DNA of 64,000 nucleotides. It comes from Chthonomonas sp. GTDB lineage: Bacteria > Armatimonadota > Fimbriimonadia > Fimbriimonadales > Fimbriimonadaceae. The position numbers and the translations under genes are program-made. This document shows, piece by piece, positions 26,364-35,570 of this stretch (within the stretch, counting starts at the first letter, position 1; the number at the start of each line of letters is the position of its first letter). The DNA lies in NCBI GenBank assembly GCA_040383535.1, contig JBEIDH010000011.1, forward strand, positions 421-64,420. Direction: 5' to 3'. Under the pieces are notes generated by a model. The model was not told the DNA's origin and searched no databases. It worked only from the letters and a program-made list of their open reading frames with translations.

Positions 26364-27425
26364 ATGCAAGTGTTTCGCAAGTCCATCCCATTCCTACTGT
26401 TGTTGACGGCAGCCGCTATCGGTCACGCTCAGGAATTGAAGGGTTACCTTGCCTCGCGGAATGCGAGCAAAATCACCGCCCCTCTCTCTCAATCAGCATT
26501 TGGTTCGTTCATGGGTGCGAAGGCCGTGGAGCTTCAGGTAGAAGTCAAGGGTTCCATTCGGATGGGCGATGAGATCACCCTAATGCTTGCTTTGAAGGGC
26601 GGCGCAAAGCTTCAGGTTTCTGGAGAAAAAATTCCCGAATGGCTTACGAACGGTGGTAATTCGGTGCGAATGATCGTCAAATTGAACAGAGCAGACGAGC
26701 TGTCCGCGTACGAAGCTCTATTTGTCAACGCCGTACCGGAAAATGTTTTTGCTGATTGGGAGTTAAAAAATCAACCCAAAGCCGTGAAATCAGAAGTCGT
26801 CAAAAGAAAGACGAGCGCCTCACGAAGCGGCGGTCGTCCACCGAGGATGGAGGGAAATATCCCAGGTGGCTCCACACCGGAGCCGAAAGAACCTGTGGTC
26901 ACAGTCTCTGCCAAGTCCGCCGCTGCACTTGATGGACTTCCAATCAATGAAGCACTTCCATACTATGTTGCCCATATTCGTAAGGTCAATCCGAAACTGG
27001 GCGATACGCTTAGCGAGCAAATCGGTCGAGCGATCATTGGGTATTCGCTCCAGTTTGATCTGGATGCTCGGCTGATTATGGCGATTATCAACACCGAGAG
27101 CCACTTCCGACCCAATCTGGTAAGTCGGGCAGGGGCAATGGGCCTTGGTCAATTGATGCCGGTCAATGTAAAGGAAACCGGAATCTCGAGCGCGTTTGAT
27201 CCCATCGAAAATATCTATGGAACTTGCTTCTTAATTCGCAGACATCTGAACTTGTATCACAAGAAGACCGACGGTGATCCGGAGCAGACCTTGATTTTAG
27301 CTTTGGCTGGATATAATGCCGGCGATGGCAATGTTCGCAAGTACGGCGGGGTTCCACCATTTAAGGAAACGCAAAATTACGTCAAAAAGGTAACCGCGTT
27401 GTTCCGGCAGTTCCGCGGTGAATAA
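26364..27425 (+). CDS. secreted lytic transglycosylase (SLT domain) protein
   Basis: Signal peptide plus C-terminal NTESHFRPN...GAMGLGQLMP...AGYNAG. Confidence 0.85.
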   Translation: MQVFRKSIPFLLLLTAAAIGHAQELKGYLASRNASKITAPLSQSAFGSFMGAKAVELQVEVKGSIRMGDEITLMLALKGGAKLQVSGEKIPEWLTNGGNSVRMIVKLNRADELSAYEALFVNAVPENVFADWELKNQPKAVKSEVVKRKTSASRSGGRPPRMEGNIPGGSTPEPKEPVVTVSAKSAAALDGLPINEALPYYVAHIRKVNPKLGDTLSEQIGRAIIGYSLQFDLDARLIMAIINTESHFRPNLVSRAGAMGLGQLMPVNVKETGISSAFDPIENIYGTCFLIRRHLNLYHKKTDGDPEQTLILALAGYNAGDGNVRKYGGVPPFKETQNYVKKVTALFRQFRGE

Positions 27426-27516
27426 GCTGGCGAGTCTGCCAGGGTGGAACGGGGACGAACTCCCCGACAATCTTTTCAGTCAACCATGCTCGGCGGAACC
27501 TTCCTAGGTTCAAAAG

Positions 27517-28902
27517 ATGTATAACAAGGTACGCATGAATTCTCAAAAGAAGTTTGCTTTTTGGCCATGGATCGCGGCAGTCGCGGTGCTTGGTTCGGCG
27601 ATGGGTGGTCGTTACGCGCGCGAACACATCGAACTCAGATCAGCTGGACTCGGCCCTCAAATGATGGATTCAAGCACCTTATTGGCAAGCATAGATAAGC
27701 CTGCGGCCGGAAGCGTCGGTGCCGGTGATATGTTCTACCGGCTTATGGAAGTCCTGAAGGCGAACTACGTTGACCCCGTCACAGATGAGGAGAAGCTGGC
27801 CGTCGGTGGAATCAAGGGCATGGTCACGAGCCTCAGTGACCCAGACGCAAACTACATGGATAAGGACGAGTTTACAGTCTTCCAGGATATGCGGAAAGGA
27901 AACTATTCCGGGATTGGAGTTGAAGTCTCGTTCCGATACGATCAAGTAGAACTTGAAAAGTACAGGAAAGCGCGAGAAAAAATGATCGCCGCCTACCGGA
28001 AAGCAACCGAAGAAGAGAGTGATGAGGAACTCGCTATCGAGGAGGATGCCTACGATGCGAACGCGCTTATTCCTGATGTGGTGATTTCTGCCGTGATGCC
28101 TGGATCACCAGCTGAGAAGGCTGGTCTAAAAGTCGGCGACATCGTTGAGAGCGTCGAAAAGAAGTGGGTTCTAAGTTCCCGGAGTATGAAGGACTTCGAA
28201 AAACTCAGCGATAAGATTCGCACCGGAAAGCTGTCCGAAGCGGAGTACGTCCGGATCCGGAAAGAACTTCGAGATAAATCCAAATCCAGCATCGCGCCGG
28301 CAAAAGTCCGAGATAAGCTGACCACAGGTAAGGGTGACGTTCTAAACCTCTCATGGCGCAGTGGGATAGCTGGTGAAGTGAAGTCGGGCAGTATCAAGCG
28401 AGCTGAACTGACGGTTCCAGGATTCAGCAAATCAGAATCAGGGCACGAACTCAGGTTTTATGCTGGCGTCGAGAACGAGCTGAGAAAAGCCCTTGGAAGT
28501 GACTTGGTGCTGGATCTTCGAAACTCTGGTGCTGGAGATGCAAATGCCATGATCAGGTGCCTCGAAGTTCTGCTTCCGACCGGCGCCTACGGGACGATCG
28601 CTACCGATCGCGGCGATAAACCGAAGCCGTTTCAAATCAAAGGTGAGGGCCTATTGAAGAAACCGCTCAAAGTCATTCTTGGTCCAGAGCAAGATAACCT
28701 TTCGCTCGCGTTTGCGGATGCTCTTCAACATTCTGACTTGGTGACTATTGAGGGTCGAGGAAAGAAGCCGGTCATGCGCGTCGAAATTGTTCAGCTCCAA
28801 GATGGAAGCGGATATACACTACCGATCGGCTGGTTCCAGCTAGGTAAGGCCCCTTTGCCGCTCACCGCAGAAGTTGTTAACAAGGAATTGGTGAATCAAT
28901 GA
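27517..28902 (+). CDS. S41 (C-terminal processing peptidase)-like PDZ protein, probably lacking the Ser nucleophile
   Basis: Has the S41 N-terminal region, a PDZ (VMPGSPAEKAGLKVGDIV) and a DLRNSGAGD motif. The position aligned to the SASAAE nucleophile of the downstream paralog reads DNLSLAF. Confidence 0.7.
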   Translation: MYNKVRMNSQKKFAFWPWIAAVAVLGSAMGGRYAREHIELRSAGLGPQMMDSSTLLASIDKPAAGSVGAGDMFYRLMEVLKANYVDPVTDEEKLAVGGIKGMVTSLSDPDANYMDKDEFTVFQDMRKGNYSGIGVEVSFRYDQVELEKYRKAREKMIAAYRKATEEESDEELAIEEDAYDANALIPDVVISAVMPGSPAEKAGLKVGDIVESVEKKWVLSSRSMKDFEKLSDKIRTGKLSEAEYVRIRKELRDKSKSSIAPAKVRDKLTTGKGDVLNLSWRSGIAGEVKSGSIKRAELTVPGFSKSESGHELRFYAGVENELRKALGSDLVLDLRNSGAGDANAMIRCLEVLLPTGAYGTIATDRGDKPKPFQIKGEGLLKKPLKVILGPEQDNLSLAFADALQHSDLVTIEGRGKKPVMRVEIVQLQDGSGYTLPIGWFQLGKAPLPLTAEVVNKELVNQ

Positions 28903-30167
28903 ACGTCGGAGTAAGAATTTTAGCTGTCGCAGCCGGAGTTTCCGCAGCATTTGCGGTGGGATTTGCATGGTCTGATCTCACTTCGACAGGGAAGGTTAAT
29001 CCAGGGGCTTTCCAAAGTTTAACTCGTACGAATGCCCCCAAGGCCGCTCAAAAGAAGCCAACCGAACTTTTTGTTGGGGAATACAATCGAATTTCCGCAA
29101 GCTATTCAAGGAAAGTCAACCAAGAACAGGTTCTGTATTCTGGAATGGACGGCATGCTTACCGCCCTGGGCGATCCGCATACGAACTTCTTCGACCCCTA
29201 TGTGACTCGCGAATTCACAAAGGTCACGATGGGGCAAGACTCTTTTGGTGGAGTCGGTGCCAGGTTAGCTCCCGATTCGCTCGGTGTGAAAGTGATCCAA
29301 GTTTTCAAGGAAGGTCCTGCTTTCAAAATTGGTATTAAGTCCGGTGACATCATAATTGGTGTCAACGGGGAAAGTGTCGGGGGGCAAACCACCGATCAAA
29401 TCGTTTCAAAGATCAAGGGCAAAGTCGGCTCCACTGTAAAAGTGAAGGTCCTACGAGGTGGAAATAAGACCATCGAGTACGCCGTAGTGCGAGGAAAGAT
29501 TAACCCGCCAAGTGCAGATGGAAATGTCATTGAGAGTTCAAACATTGGATACCTTCTTGTGACTGGGTTCGACCAGAAGACGCACACCGAATTTTTCGAT
29601 TCTATCAACGACTTGGAGCGACAGGGCATCCAAGGACTAATCATCGACATGCGTAACAATGGCGGAGGCTTGCTCGAAACTGCTCAGATGATGATTGCAG
29701 GATTCAAGGAGTTCGCAACCGTGGTCACCATGCGCCGGCGAGGGGAAGCCGAGGAAGTTGTTCGCACTCCAGGTGGAATGCTTCGTGACTTCAAGTACCC
29801 AGTTGTTGTCCTCGTAAACGAGAACTCAGCATCTGCCGCAGAAATCTTTGCGGGTTGTCTCCGGGATTATAAGCTCGCCACTTTGGTTGGTGAGCACACA
29901 TACGGCAAGGCATCTGTTCAGAACGTGATTCCTATTGCAGGCGGAACGACGGCAAAAGTCACGATCGCGCATTATGCTCTCCCGAGTGGAGACGATATTT
30001 CGCGCAAGGTGGATGAGGACGGTCAGTACGTAAGCGGTGGAATCAAGCCTGAGTATGAAGTCGAGCTGAGTTTGAAGCCCGACGTTTCGCTGGGCGATGC
30101 GAAGACTGATAATCAGATGCAAAAGGCGATGGAGATTATCAGGAAGAAAAATCCTCGCGCAAAGTAA
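28899..30167 (+). CDS. S41 family C-terminal processing peptidase
   Basis: PDZ, then DMRNNGGG, NENSASAAEIFAG and TYGKASVQ (Ser-Lys dyad). ATGA overlap with the upstream paralog. Confidence 0.9.
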   Translation: MNVGVRILAVAAGVSAAFAVGFAWSDLTSTGKVNPGAFQSLTRTNAPKAAQKKPTELFVGEYNRISASYSRKVNQEQVLYSGMDGMLTALGDPHTNFFDPYVTREFTKVTMGQDSFGGVGARLAPDSLGVKVIQVFKEGPAFKIGIKSGDIIIGVNGESVGGQTTDQIVSKIKGKVGSTVKVKVLRGGNKTIEYAVVRGKINPPSADGNVIESSNIGYLLVTGFDQKTHTEFFDSINDLERQGIQGLIIDMRNNGGGLLETAQMMIAGFKEFATVVTMRRRGEAEEVVRTPGGMLRDFKYPVVVLVNENSASAAEIFAGCLRDYKLATLVGEHTYGKASVQNVIPIAGGTTAKVTIAHYALPSGDDISRKVDEDGQYVSGGIKPEYEVELSLKPDVSLGDAKTDNQMQKAMEIIRKKNPRAK

Positions 30168-30195
30168 AAAACTGTCTGGCCTGACGAAAAGAAAG

Positions 30196-30229
30196 AACCC
30201 CCATGTTAAGCGATGGGGGTTTCTTCTTG
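30196..30229. terminator. bidirectional intrinsic terminator between ctp and sigma-factor genes
   Basis: 9-bp stem aacccccat/atgggggtt with 8-nt loop, flanked by gaaaagaaag upstream (an A-rich run interrupted by g) and a T-rich run downstream. Confidence 0.7.
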
Positions 30230-30241
30230 GAGAGGAGGGAT

Positions 30242-30847
30242 TTAAAAGCCTGGTGCGAGTGTTTGAGAAGCAGAAAGGAATCGTTCCGGCTTCTTTGCCT
30301 CTAACAGAGCGCGAAGCTTTTTGTGTGAGCGGTGCAGGCGCGAACGCACGGTTCCGATTGGCACATTGAGCATTTCGGCGATTTCTCCGTAGGGCATTTG
30401 CTCCACGTCGGCGAGGATCACGAGCGTCCGGTGTTCGGGCTTCAACTGCGCAATCGCTTCTTCCATTTCTTCGCTGAGGGTTCCCTCAAACAGCATTGAT
30501 TCGGTGTTCGAATTCGGGTCTGCCGGTTCAATAAAGAGCTGATCGTCGCTTCCCAGCGCACGCTTCGGAGCATCATACGACGATGTTTGGACACGTCGTC
30601 GGCGCGCTCGCTTCAGATCCAAAAAGAGACGAGTGACAATGCGAAGAATCCAGTTTTCAAATGGACGATCGCCTTCGTAGTCCGCAAAGCTCCGATATGC
30701 TCGGAAAAATGCTTCCTGAGTCAAGTCTTCAGCGTCTTGCTTGTTCATGGAAAGTCGGTAGGCAAGGTTATAGACCTTTTTATGGGTCCGTTCCATTTGC
30801 GCTACAAACTGGTCAGTTTGGGTTGGGTTGGGCAGAATTGTGTTCAT
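30242..30847 (-). CDS. ECF-type sigma-70 family RNA polymerase sigma factor
   Basis: Region 2 (DAEDLTQEAFFRAYRS...FENWILRIV) and region 4 (MPYGEIAEMLNVPIGTVRSRLHRSHKKL). Start at ATG 30847. Confidence 0.88.
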   Translation of the reverse strand: MNTILPNPTQTDQFVAQMERTHKKVYNLAYRLSMNKQDAEDLTQEAFFRAYRSFADYEGDRPFENWILRIVTRLFLDLKRARRRRVQTSSYDAPKRALGSDDQLFIEPADPNSNTESMLFEGTLSEEMEEAIAQLKPEHRTLVILADVEQMPYGEIAEMLNVPIGTVRSRLHRSHKKLRALLEAKKPERFLSASQTLAPGF

Positions 30848-30992
30848 CCTGATAGGTTTCCTTATGACTGATACAACCCCTAAGAGGTCGGTAAAGTTCC
30901 CAGGAGTACACAATTTTTACTAAAAAGTATAGATGGACGCTTAGTAGCGTACACGAAGCTACTAGTTCATTGAATCGGGTATCTCTGAGGAA

Positions 30993-31847
30993 ATGTTTGA
31001 TGTACGCCAATACTGGGACTACGGTGATCCAGCCTCAAGTCAGCAACGGTTTGAGCAATTGCTCTCTCTCTTAAACACTCCAGAGGGACAACAAAAATTT
31101 GGTTTAGCATCGCAAGATGTCCAGGCGGCCTTGCTTGAGATAAGAGCTCAAATTGCAAGGACCTTTTCGCTTAGACAGGATTTTGATTCCGCCCATCAGA
31201 CTCTCAATGGAATAGAAGGTGACCCGGATCTTCGAGATAGGGCTCTGGCGGCGTATTGCCTGGAGCGCGGAAGGACTTATAACTCCGCTGGAGACCGGCA
31301 CCAAGCGAGACCGTTTTTTGATCAAGCAATTCTGGTCGGCGAGGATGATCAAAAAGTGGATGCGCTTCATATGAATGCGATCTTGGAGTCCGGAGCTGAA
31401 GCTCTTACCCTCAACGAGCAGGCATTAGAAGTTGCCCGCCAGAGCCCTGATCCCCGTGCCCAGGCATGGAGGGGCAGTCTCCTCAATAATTTGGGATGGA
31501 CCTACTTCGATTTGATGCAATATGAAAAAGCGCTGGAGATTTTTGGGGAAGCGGTAGAATTCCGCCAGGCACAAGCTCACCCGACTCAGCTTCATATCGC
31601 TTGGTACAGCGTCGCGCGGACCCTTCGAGCGATGGATCGCCATCCAGAAGCTCTAGAGATTTTGATGGACCTGGAAGAAGGGGACGGGTATGTCCATGAA
31701 GAGATTGCAGAGAATCTTTTTGCAACCGGCCAGATCGCGGAATCCGAGCCGGAATTTGCGAAGGCGTTTGCCCTGCTCTCTCTTGACGGTTGGCTTTCGA
31801 AAACTGAGCCAGAGAGGCTTGAGAGACTTCATCGCCTTTCGCAGTAG
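30993..31847 (+). CDS. TPR-repeat protein
   Basis: Helical-repeat composition with TPR-like segments (NNLGWTYFDLMQYEKALEIFGEAVEF). Confidence 0.6.
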   Translation: MFDVRQYWDYGDPASSQQRFEQLLSLLNTPEGQQKFGLASQDVQAALLEIRAQIARTFSLRQDFDSAHQTLNGIEGDPDLRDRALAAYCLERGRTYNSAGDRHQARPFFDQAILVGEDDQKVDALHMNAILESGAEALTLNEQALEVARQSPDPRAQAWRGSLLNNLGWTYFDLMQYEKALEIFGEAVEFRQAQAHPTQLHIAWYSVARTLRAMDRHPEALEILMDLEEGDGYVHEEIAENLFATGQIAESEPEFAKAFALLSLDGWLSKTEPERLERLHRLSQ

Positions 31848-31854
31848 GATCGTC

Positions 31855-33978
31855 TCACTCTGACAGGAGCCCGATCTGACGATTTGCTCGCTCCGCGAAT
31901 TCCTTGGCGGTTAGTGGTAGGGTGCGTTGGCTTCGAGGGAGCTTGATCGTAATTTCGTGCGGTTCGAGGTGCCAAGTGCTTGATTCGCCACTCGTCCAGT
32001 TTACCCGAGCACTTTCGTCGTCAATGTTGGAGAAGCTGGAAAAATCAGCCCATTGGTGATGCGACTTGCGCAACAGTTTGCCGAGTGTAATGCCGCTGGT
32101 CCCAGCCACGATGGGCTTTGATTCCTTCAAAATCGTCACTGAACCTTTCCAGAATACATCCTCTGCAAGGTCTCCGCAAATCCAGGATTCCCGTAGTTTA
32201 AGCTCAATTTTGCTCTCGAGTTCGGGCTCTTCCAATGCAATTGGCAACCTCAAGGCGATTCTACGCCAGGTCGTCCGGTCGTGGGACTCACCACTCAAGT
32301 TTTTTAATTGAGGATTTGGCGAGTGAACAAGGATGATGTGCTCACCATCAAGATCAAATTCTGTGTCGCATTCCTCGCAAAGCCAGCCGGGCTGTCCACT
32401 ACTCTTTCCCGCTGCAATCCACCGCATTTGGTTATCCGTCACGACTTGCCCGAGGAATATCTCACCCGTTCCAAATGGGTCCTTGCTGTAGTGGATCAAC
32501 GTGGTTTTGCCATGATCTGCGAAATACTCTGCATGACAGGTTTCGCACCGTAGGTTGCCCGCTCCGGGATCAGCGCCAGCCGCGATGCGTGCCCATTCAT
32601 CAGGGTAGAAAGCTGTGTACTCTTTGGATTCGGGATACGCAAGGACCCATCTCCCGTCGTCGGCAGAATCAAGCTGGGTGAAGCACTGGTCGCATTCCCA
32701 CGTTTCTGGTGAGCGCCCGGATAAGGTCCGCCAATCTGCCAAAGACTGGTTTACGCCGTCAGCATCTTCTAACCCAATCTTAGTTTCCTTAAACGTAGCT
32801 TCACACTTTTGGCAAGTGAGGGTCCCCTTTCTAAGGACCTTTGCCCGTCTTTCCAGCTTGCCTACCTTACAAGTAGGGCACCACCTGAGGGGATTTTCAT
32901 TCAGCTTTTTGTGCAAAATCCCGAACTTGCAAGTAGGACATGTCCTTGAATCGAAGTGTCGTTTTTCTAGCCGGCTTGCCCGGCACACGATGCAAGTGTT
33001 TGCCTTGCCGGGTGAAGGAGAGAAGATGATCCCTAGGCAAGACGGACACTCCAGCTTTCCAATTTTGACTTTTCTGGCCTGATGGAGAAGTTCGTCTAAA
33101 TCTTCGAAGCTCAACTCTTCTTGTTCAGTAGGGAGCTCGGGCTCGAGCATCTTCAGCATTTCGTCAGCATCCCGTGGTCGGTCCGCTAGTCGGAGGGCAA
33201 GCCCCGATGCAATGGCCAAAGCGAAAGCTGGTCGGATATCCGGGCGTATATAATCGAGAGCTGGGACGTCCTCGCCTGGAACCGGCGGAATTCTCCCTGT
33301 CAAAAGGTAGAACATTGTTGCGCAGAGTCCATAAAGGTCTGTCCCAGGTCCACGCTTTGCCTCTTCGGTGAGTTGTTCGATGGGAGCGAATCCAGGTGTA
33401 AATTCCACGGTATGTCGCTGAGTCACGTCCATCAGCCACTGCCGAGCCGAGCCAAAGTCAATCAGGAAGACGTCGCCGTCCGCAGAGATCAAGATGTTGC
33501 TGGGCTTAATGTCCCGATGCAAGACCCCTTGAGCATGAACCTCATTTAGCGTCTTCAGCAACTGAATGAAGAGCTCCTCAGCAGGTGCACATCCAAGTGG
33601 GCCGGATTTTAGGACTACTTCTTCTGCCGTGGAGGAATCTGCGAAGTGAGGCATCACATAGTAGGCCGTGCCGAGCGCGCTAAAAGCCTCGATGGGGCGA
33701 ATAACTCCCTTGATATGAAGTTTTCGGAGGGTTGTAACCTCATCGCGAAACTGGCCCATCAACCTGATCGCTGACGGACGATCTCCGGGAAAGGTGATTC
33801 GGAGCGATTTATCGCGGATCGCGCCGGACGGTGCAAGTTCTTTGATGACGATGGTCAGGTCGTAACGAAGGTCCTGAGCGAGATAGGTGATCGCAAATCC
33901 TCCTCGCCCAAGCAAGCTTTCGACGCGGTACCGACTTCCCAGCATCGTGCCGACGGGCAGCGCACTTGGTTCGATCAT
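31855..33978 (-). CDS. Ser/Thr protein kinase with C-terminal array of four zinc-ribbon-like modules
   Basis: Hanks kinase motifs (GRGGFAITY, HRDIKPSNIL, DFGSAR). Eight CxxC motifs downstream. No TM segment seen. Start at ATG 33978. Confidence 0.88.
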   Translation of the reverse strand: MIEPSALPVGTMLGSRYRVESLLGRGGFAITYLAQDLRYDLTIVIKELAPSGAIRDKSLRITFPGDRPSAIRLMGQFRDEVTTLRKLHIKGVIRPIEAFSALGTAYYVMPHFADSSTAEEVVLKSGPLGCAPAEELFIQLLKTLNEVHAQGVLHRDIKPSNILISADGDVFLIDFGSARQWLMDVTQRHTVEFTPGFAPIEQLTEEAKRGPGTDLYGLCATMFYLLTGRIPPVPGEDVPALDYIRPDIRPAFALAIASGLALRLADRPRDADEMLKMLEPELPTEQEELSFEDLDELLHQARKVKIGKLECPSCLGIIFSPSPGKANTCIVCRASRLEKRHFDSRTCPTCKFGILHKKLNENPLRWCPTCKVGKLERRAKVLRKGTLTCQKCEATFKETKIGLEDADGVNQSLADWRTLSGRSPETWECDQCFTQLDSADDGRWVLAYPESKEYTAFYPDEWARIAAGADPGAGNLRCETCHAEYFADHGKTTLIHYSKDPFGTGEIFLGQVVTDNQMRWIAAGKSSGQPGWLCEECDTEFDLDGEHIILVHSPNPQLKNLSGESHDRTTWRRIALRLPIALEEPELESKIELKLRESWICGDLAEDVFWKGSVTILKESKPIVAGTSGITLGKLLRKSHHQWADFSSFSNIDDESARVNWTSGESSTWHLEPHEITIKLPRSQRTLPLTAKEFAERANRQIGLLSE

Positions 33979-34079
33979 GCCTCGTATTATGACGGGTCTC
34001 AATACGGCACTACCATAACTGGAGAATCACACCGCAAAACGTATCAATTGAGATTCTAGCTCGGGCATAATTTAGGTCT

Positions 34080-34877
34080 ATGCAATCCGTTGCCCTCGCA
34101 CTTGTCCTCGGATACCAGCTTACGCCCGGGGTTGTTCGAGACTACGACCTTACCGTCGCGTTTGATGGCACGATTCCCATCCTAGGTGGTCAAGAAGGGA
34201 AGGCCGTAGTGAACCTTGGCTTTCGGCTCGAAGGGTTGAAGGCGGCGAAGGAAGGACAACAAAAGGCGTTCAGTGAGCTCTCGAGGGCGGAATTCGTCTT
34301 TAACGGGTCGAAGCTCCCTCTTGGACTGGAAAATGTGCAGGACTTTTTCCCAAAGACTACGATTGAGTTGCTCGCCGATGGCACGATTCAGTCTTCCGAT
34401 GCTCCCAAGAAAGATCTTCCGATCAAGCTCCCTGGCCTGGACATCCAGCGATTTCCGGATATCAGTTACCTCCCGGTCGTGTTCCCAAAGGGACCTTTGG
34501 AGATTGGAAAGTCTTGGTCCTTTGAAAAGCCCTTTGGCGGAAGTTTGATGAAGTACGTTTGCACCCTTTCTAGCATCGAGGAGCAGATTGCAAGGATTAG
34601 TATTCGTATTGACCAGAGTTATGCGGTTCTGGAGGATTCTGCGATGCAAGTCGTGACGGAAAAAGCAGATGCTTCGAACGAAGTGACGACGCGAATGACC
34701 GCTACGGGGGAGGTGCTCTTCGATACAGGGCGTGGCTTGGTGGATGCATACACGATGGAGGGGCTAGCTGACTCCGAGGTGAAGTCGTTGGAAACGAACG
34801 AGGTAACAAAGCGAAAATTGAAGCTATCCGTCAAGCTGAACCAGGCGAAAAGACCCACCCCGGGAACTCCGGACTAA
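34080..34877 (+). CDS. hypothetical protein
   Basis: 265-aa ORF filling the gap with no competing gene. No family recognised. Confidence 0.5.
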   Translation: MQSVALALVLGYQLTPGVVRDYDLTVAFDGTIPILGGQEGKAVVNLGFRLEGLKAAKEGQQKAFSELSRAEFVFNGSKLPLGLENVQDFFPKTTIELLADGTIQSSDAPKKDLPIKLPGLDIQRFPDISYLPVVFPKGPLEIGKSWSFEKPFGGSLMKYVCTLSSIEEQIARISIRIDQSYAVLEDSAMQVVTEKADASNEVTTRMTATGEVLFDTGRGLVDAYTMEGLADSEVKSLETNEVTKRKLKLSVKLNQAKRPTPGTPD

Positions 34878-34902
34878 CTTATCTCGTTAAACGAGTCGAG
34901 AC

Positions 34903-35358
34903 ATGAAACACGAATCTGCGCTATTACTTCTTTTGGGATTGGTCTTGGTTGGATGTGAGTCTGCCGAGCAGGCAGTTCAGCAAAAAACGAATGCGGTCGT
35001 TGCGGATGCAACCAACGCGGCGAAGCAGCAAGTTGATCCGACCGGAGAAAAGCAACGCGCGATTGCAGCTGCGCAAGAAGCTCAGGCAATGCTCACAAAG
35101 ATTAGCAGTGGCGGAATCCTTGACCCGGAAGTCAAAGTTTGGATCGAGAAGACCCTCGCAGATTCGAGTCAAGTCATTCGCGCGATCGCTTTGCCCGTAG
35201 TGACGAAGGCTTGGAATGATTTGCCCAAGCATCGGGAGTGGCTTGAATCCGAAGCGAAAAAGGCTGCCAGCAAAGGCGACGCTGCCGCAAAGCAGGCATG
35301 GATGGATTTGATTGACAATTGGAATCGACTTCAATCCGTTGCCGAAAGTCAGAAGTAA
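34903..35358 (+). CDS. hypothetical lipoprotein
   Basis: Lipobox LLGLVLVGC at the N-terminus. The rest is helical and Ala/Lys/Gln-rich. Confidence 0.6.
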   Translation: MKHESALLLLLGLVLVGCESAEQAVQQKTNAVVADATNAAKQQVDPTGEKQRAIAAAQEAQAMLTKISSGGILDPEVKVWIEKTLADSSQVIRAIALPVVTKAWNDLPKHREWLESEAKKAASKGDAAAKQAWMDLIDNWNRLQSVAESQK

Positions 35359-35520
35359 TCCGGATTCCGTTCTGGCCTTTTTGGGTTAGCCCAACTAATC
35401 CGCCCCATTTGGTTAGCTCCATGGGTGCCCCAGCCTGCACTAACGATCTCGCAAAAAGTGAATTGTTAAGGACCCATGCCCAGGGTGCGCTTGCGAATAC
35501 CCAGAAAAGTTACGATTCCT

Positions 35521-35548
35521 TTGACTTTTTGAATTCAAAACGTAGACT
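35521..35548 (+). promoter_or_regulatory. candidate sigma-70 promoter TTGACT-16 nt-TAGACT
   Basis: Hexamers at 35521..35526 and 35543..35548, 22 nt upstream of the ATG at 35571. Confidence 0.4.
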
Positions 35549-35570
35549 TTAGCGCATCGCGAACGGCATA

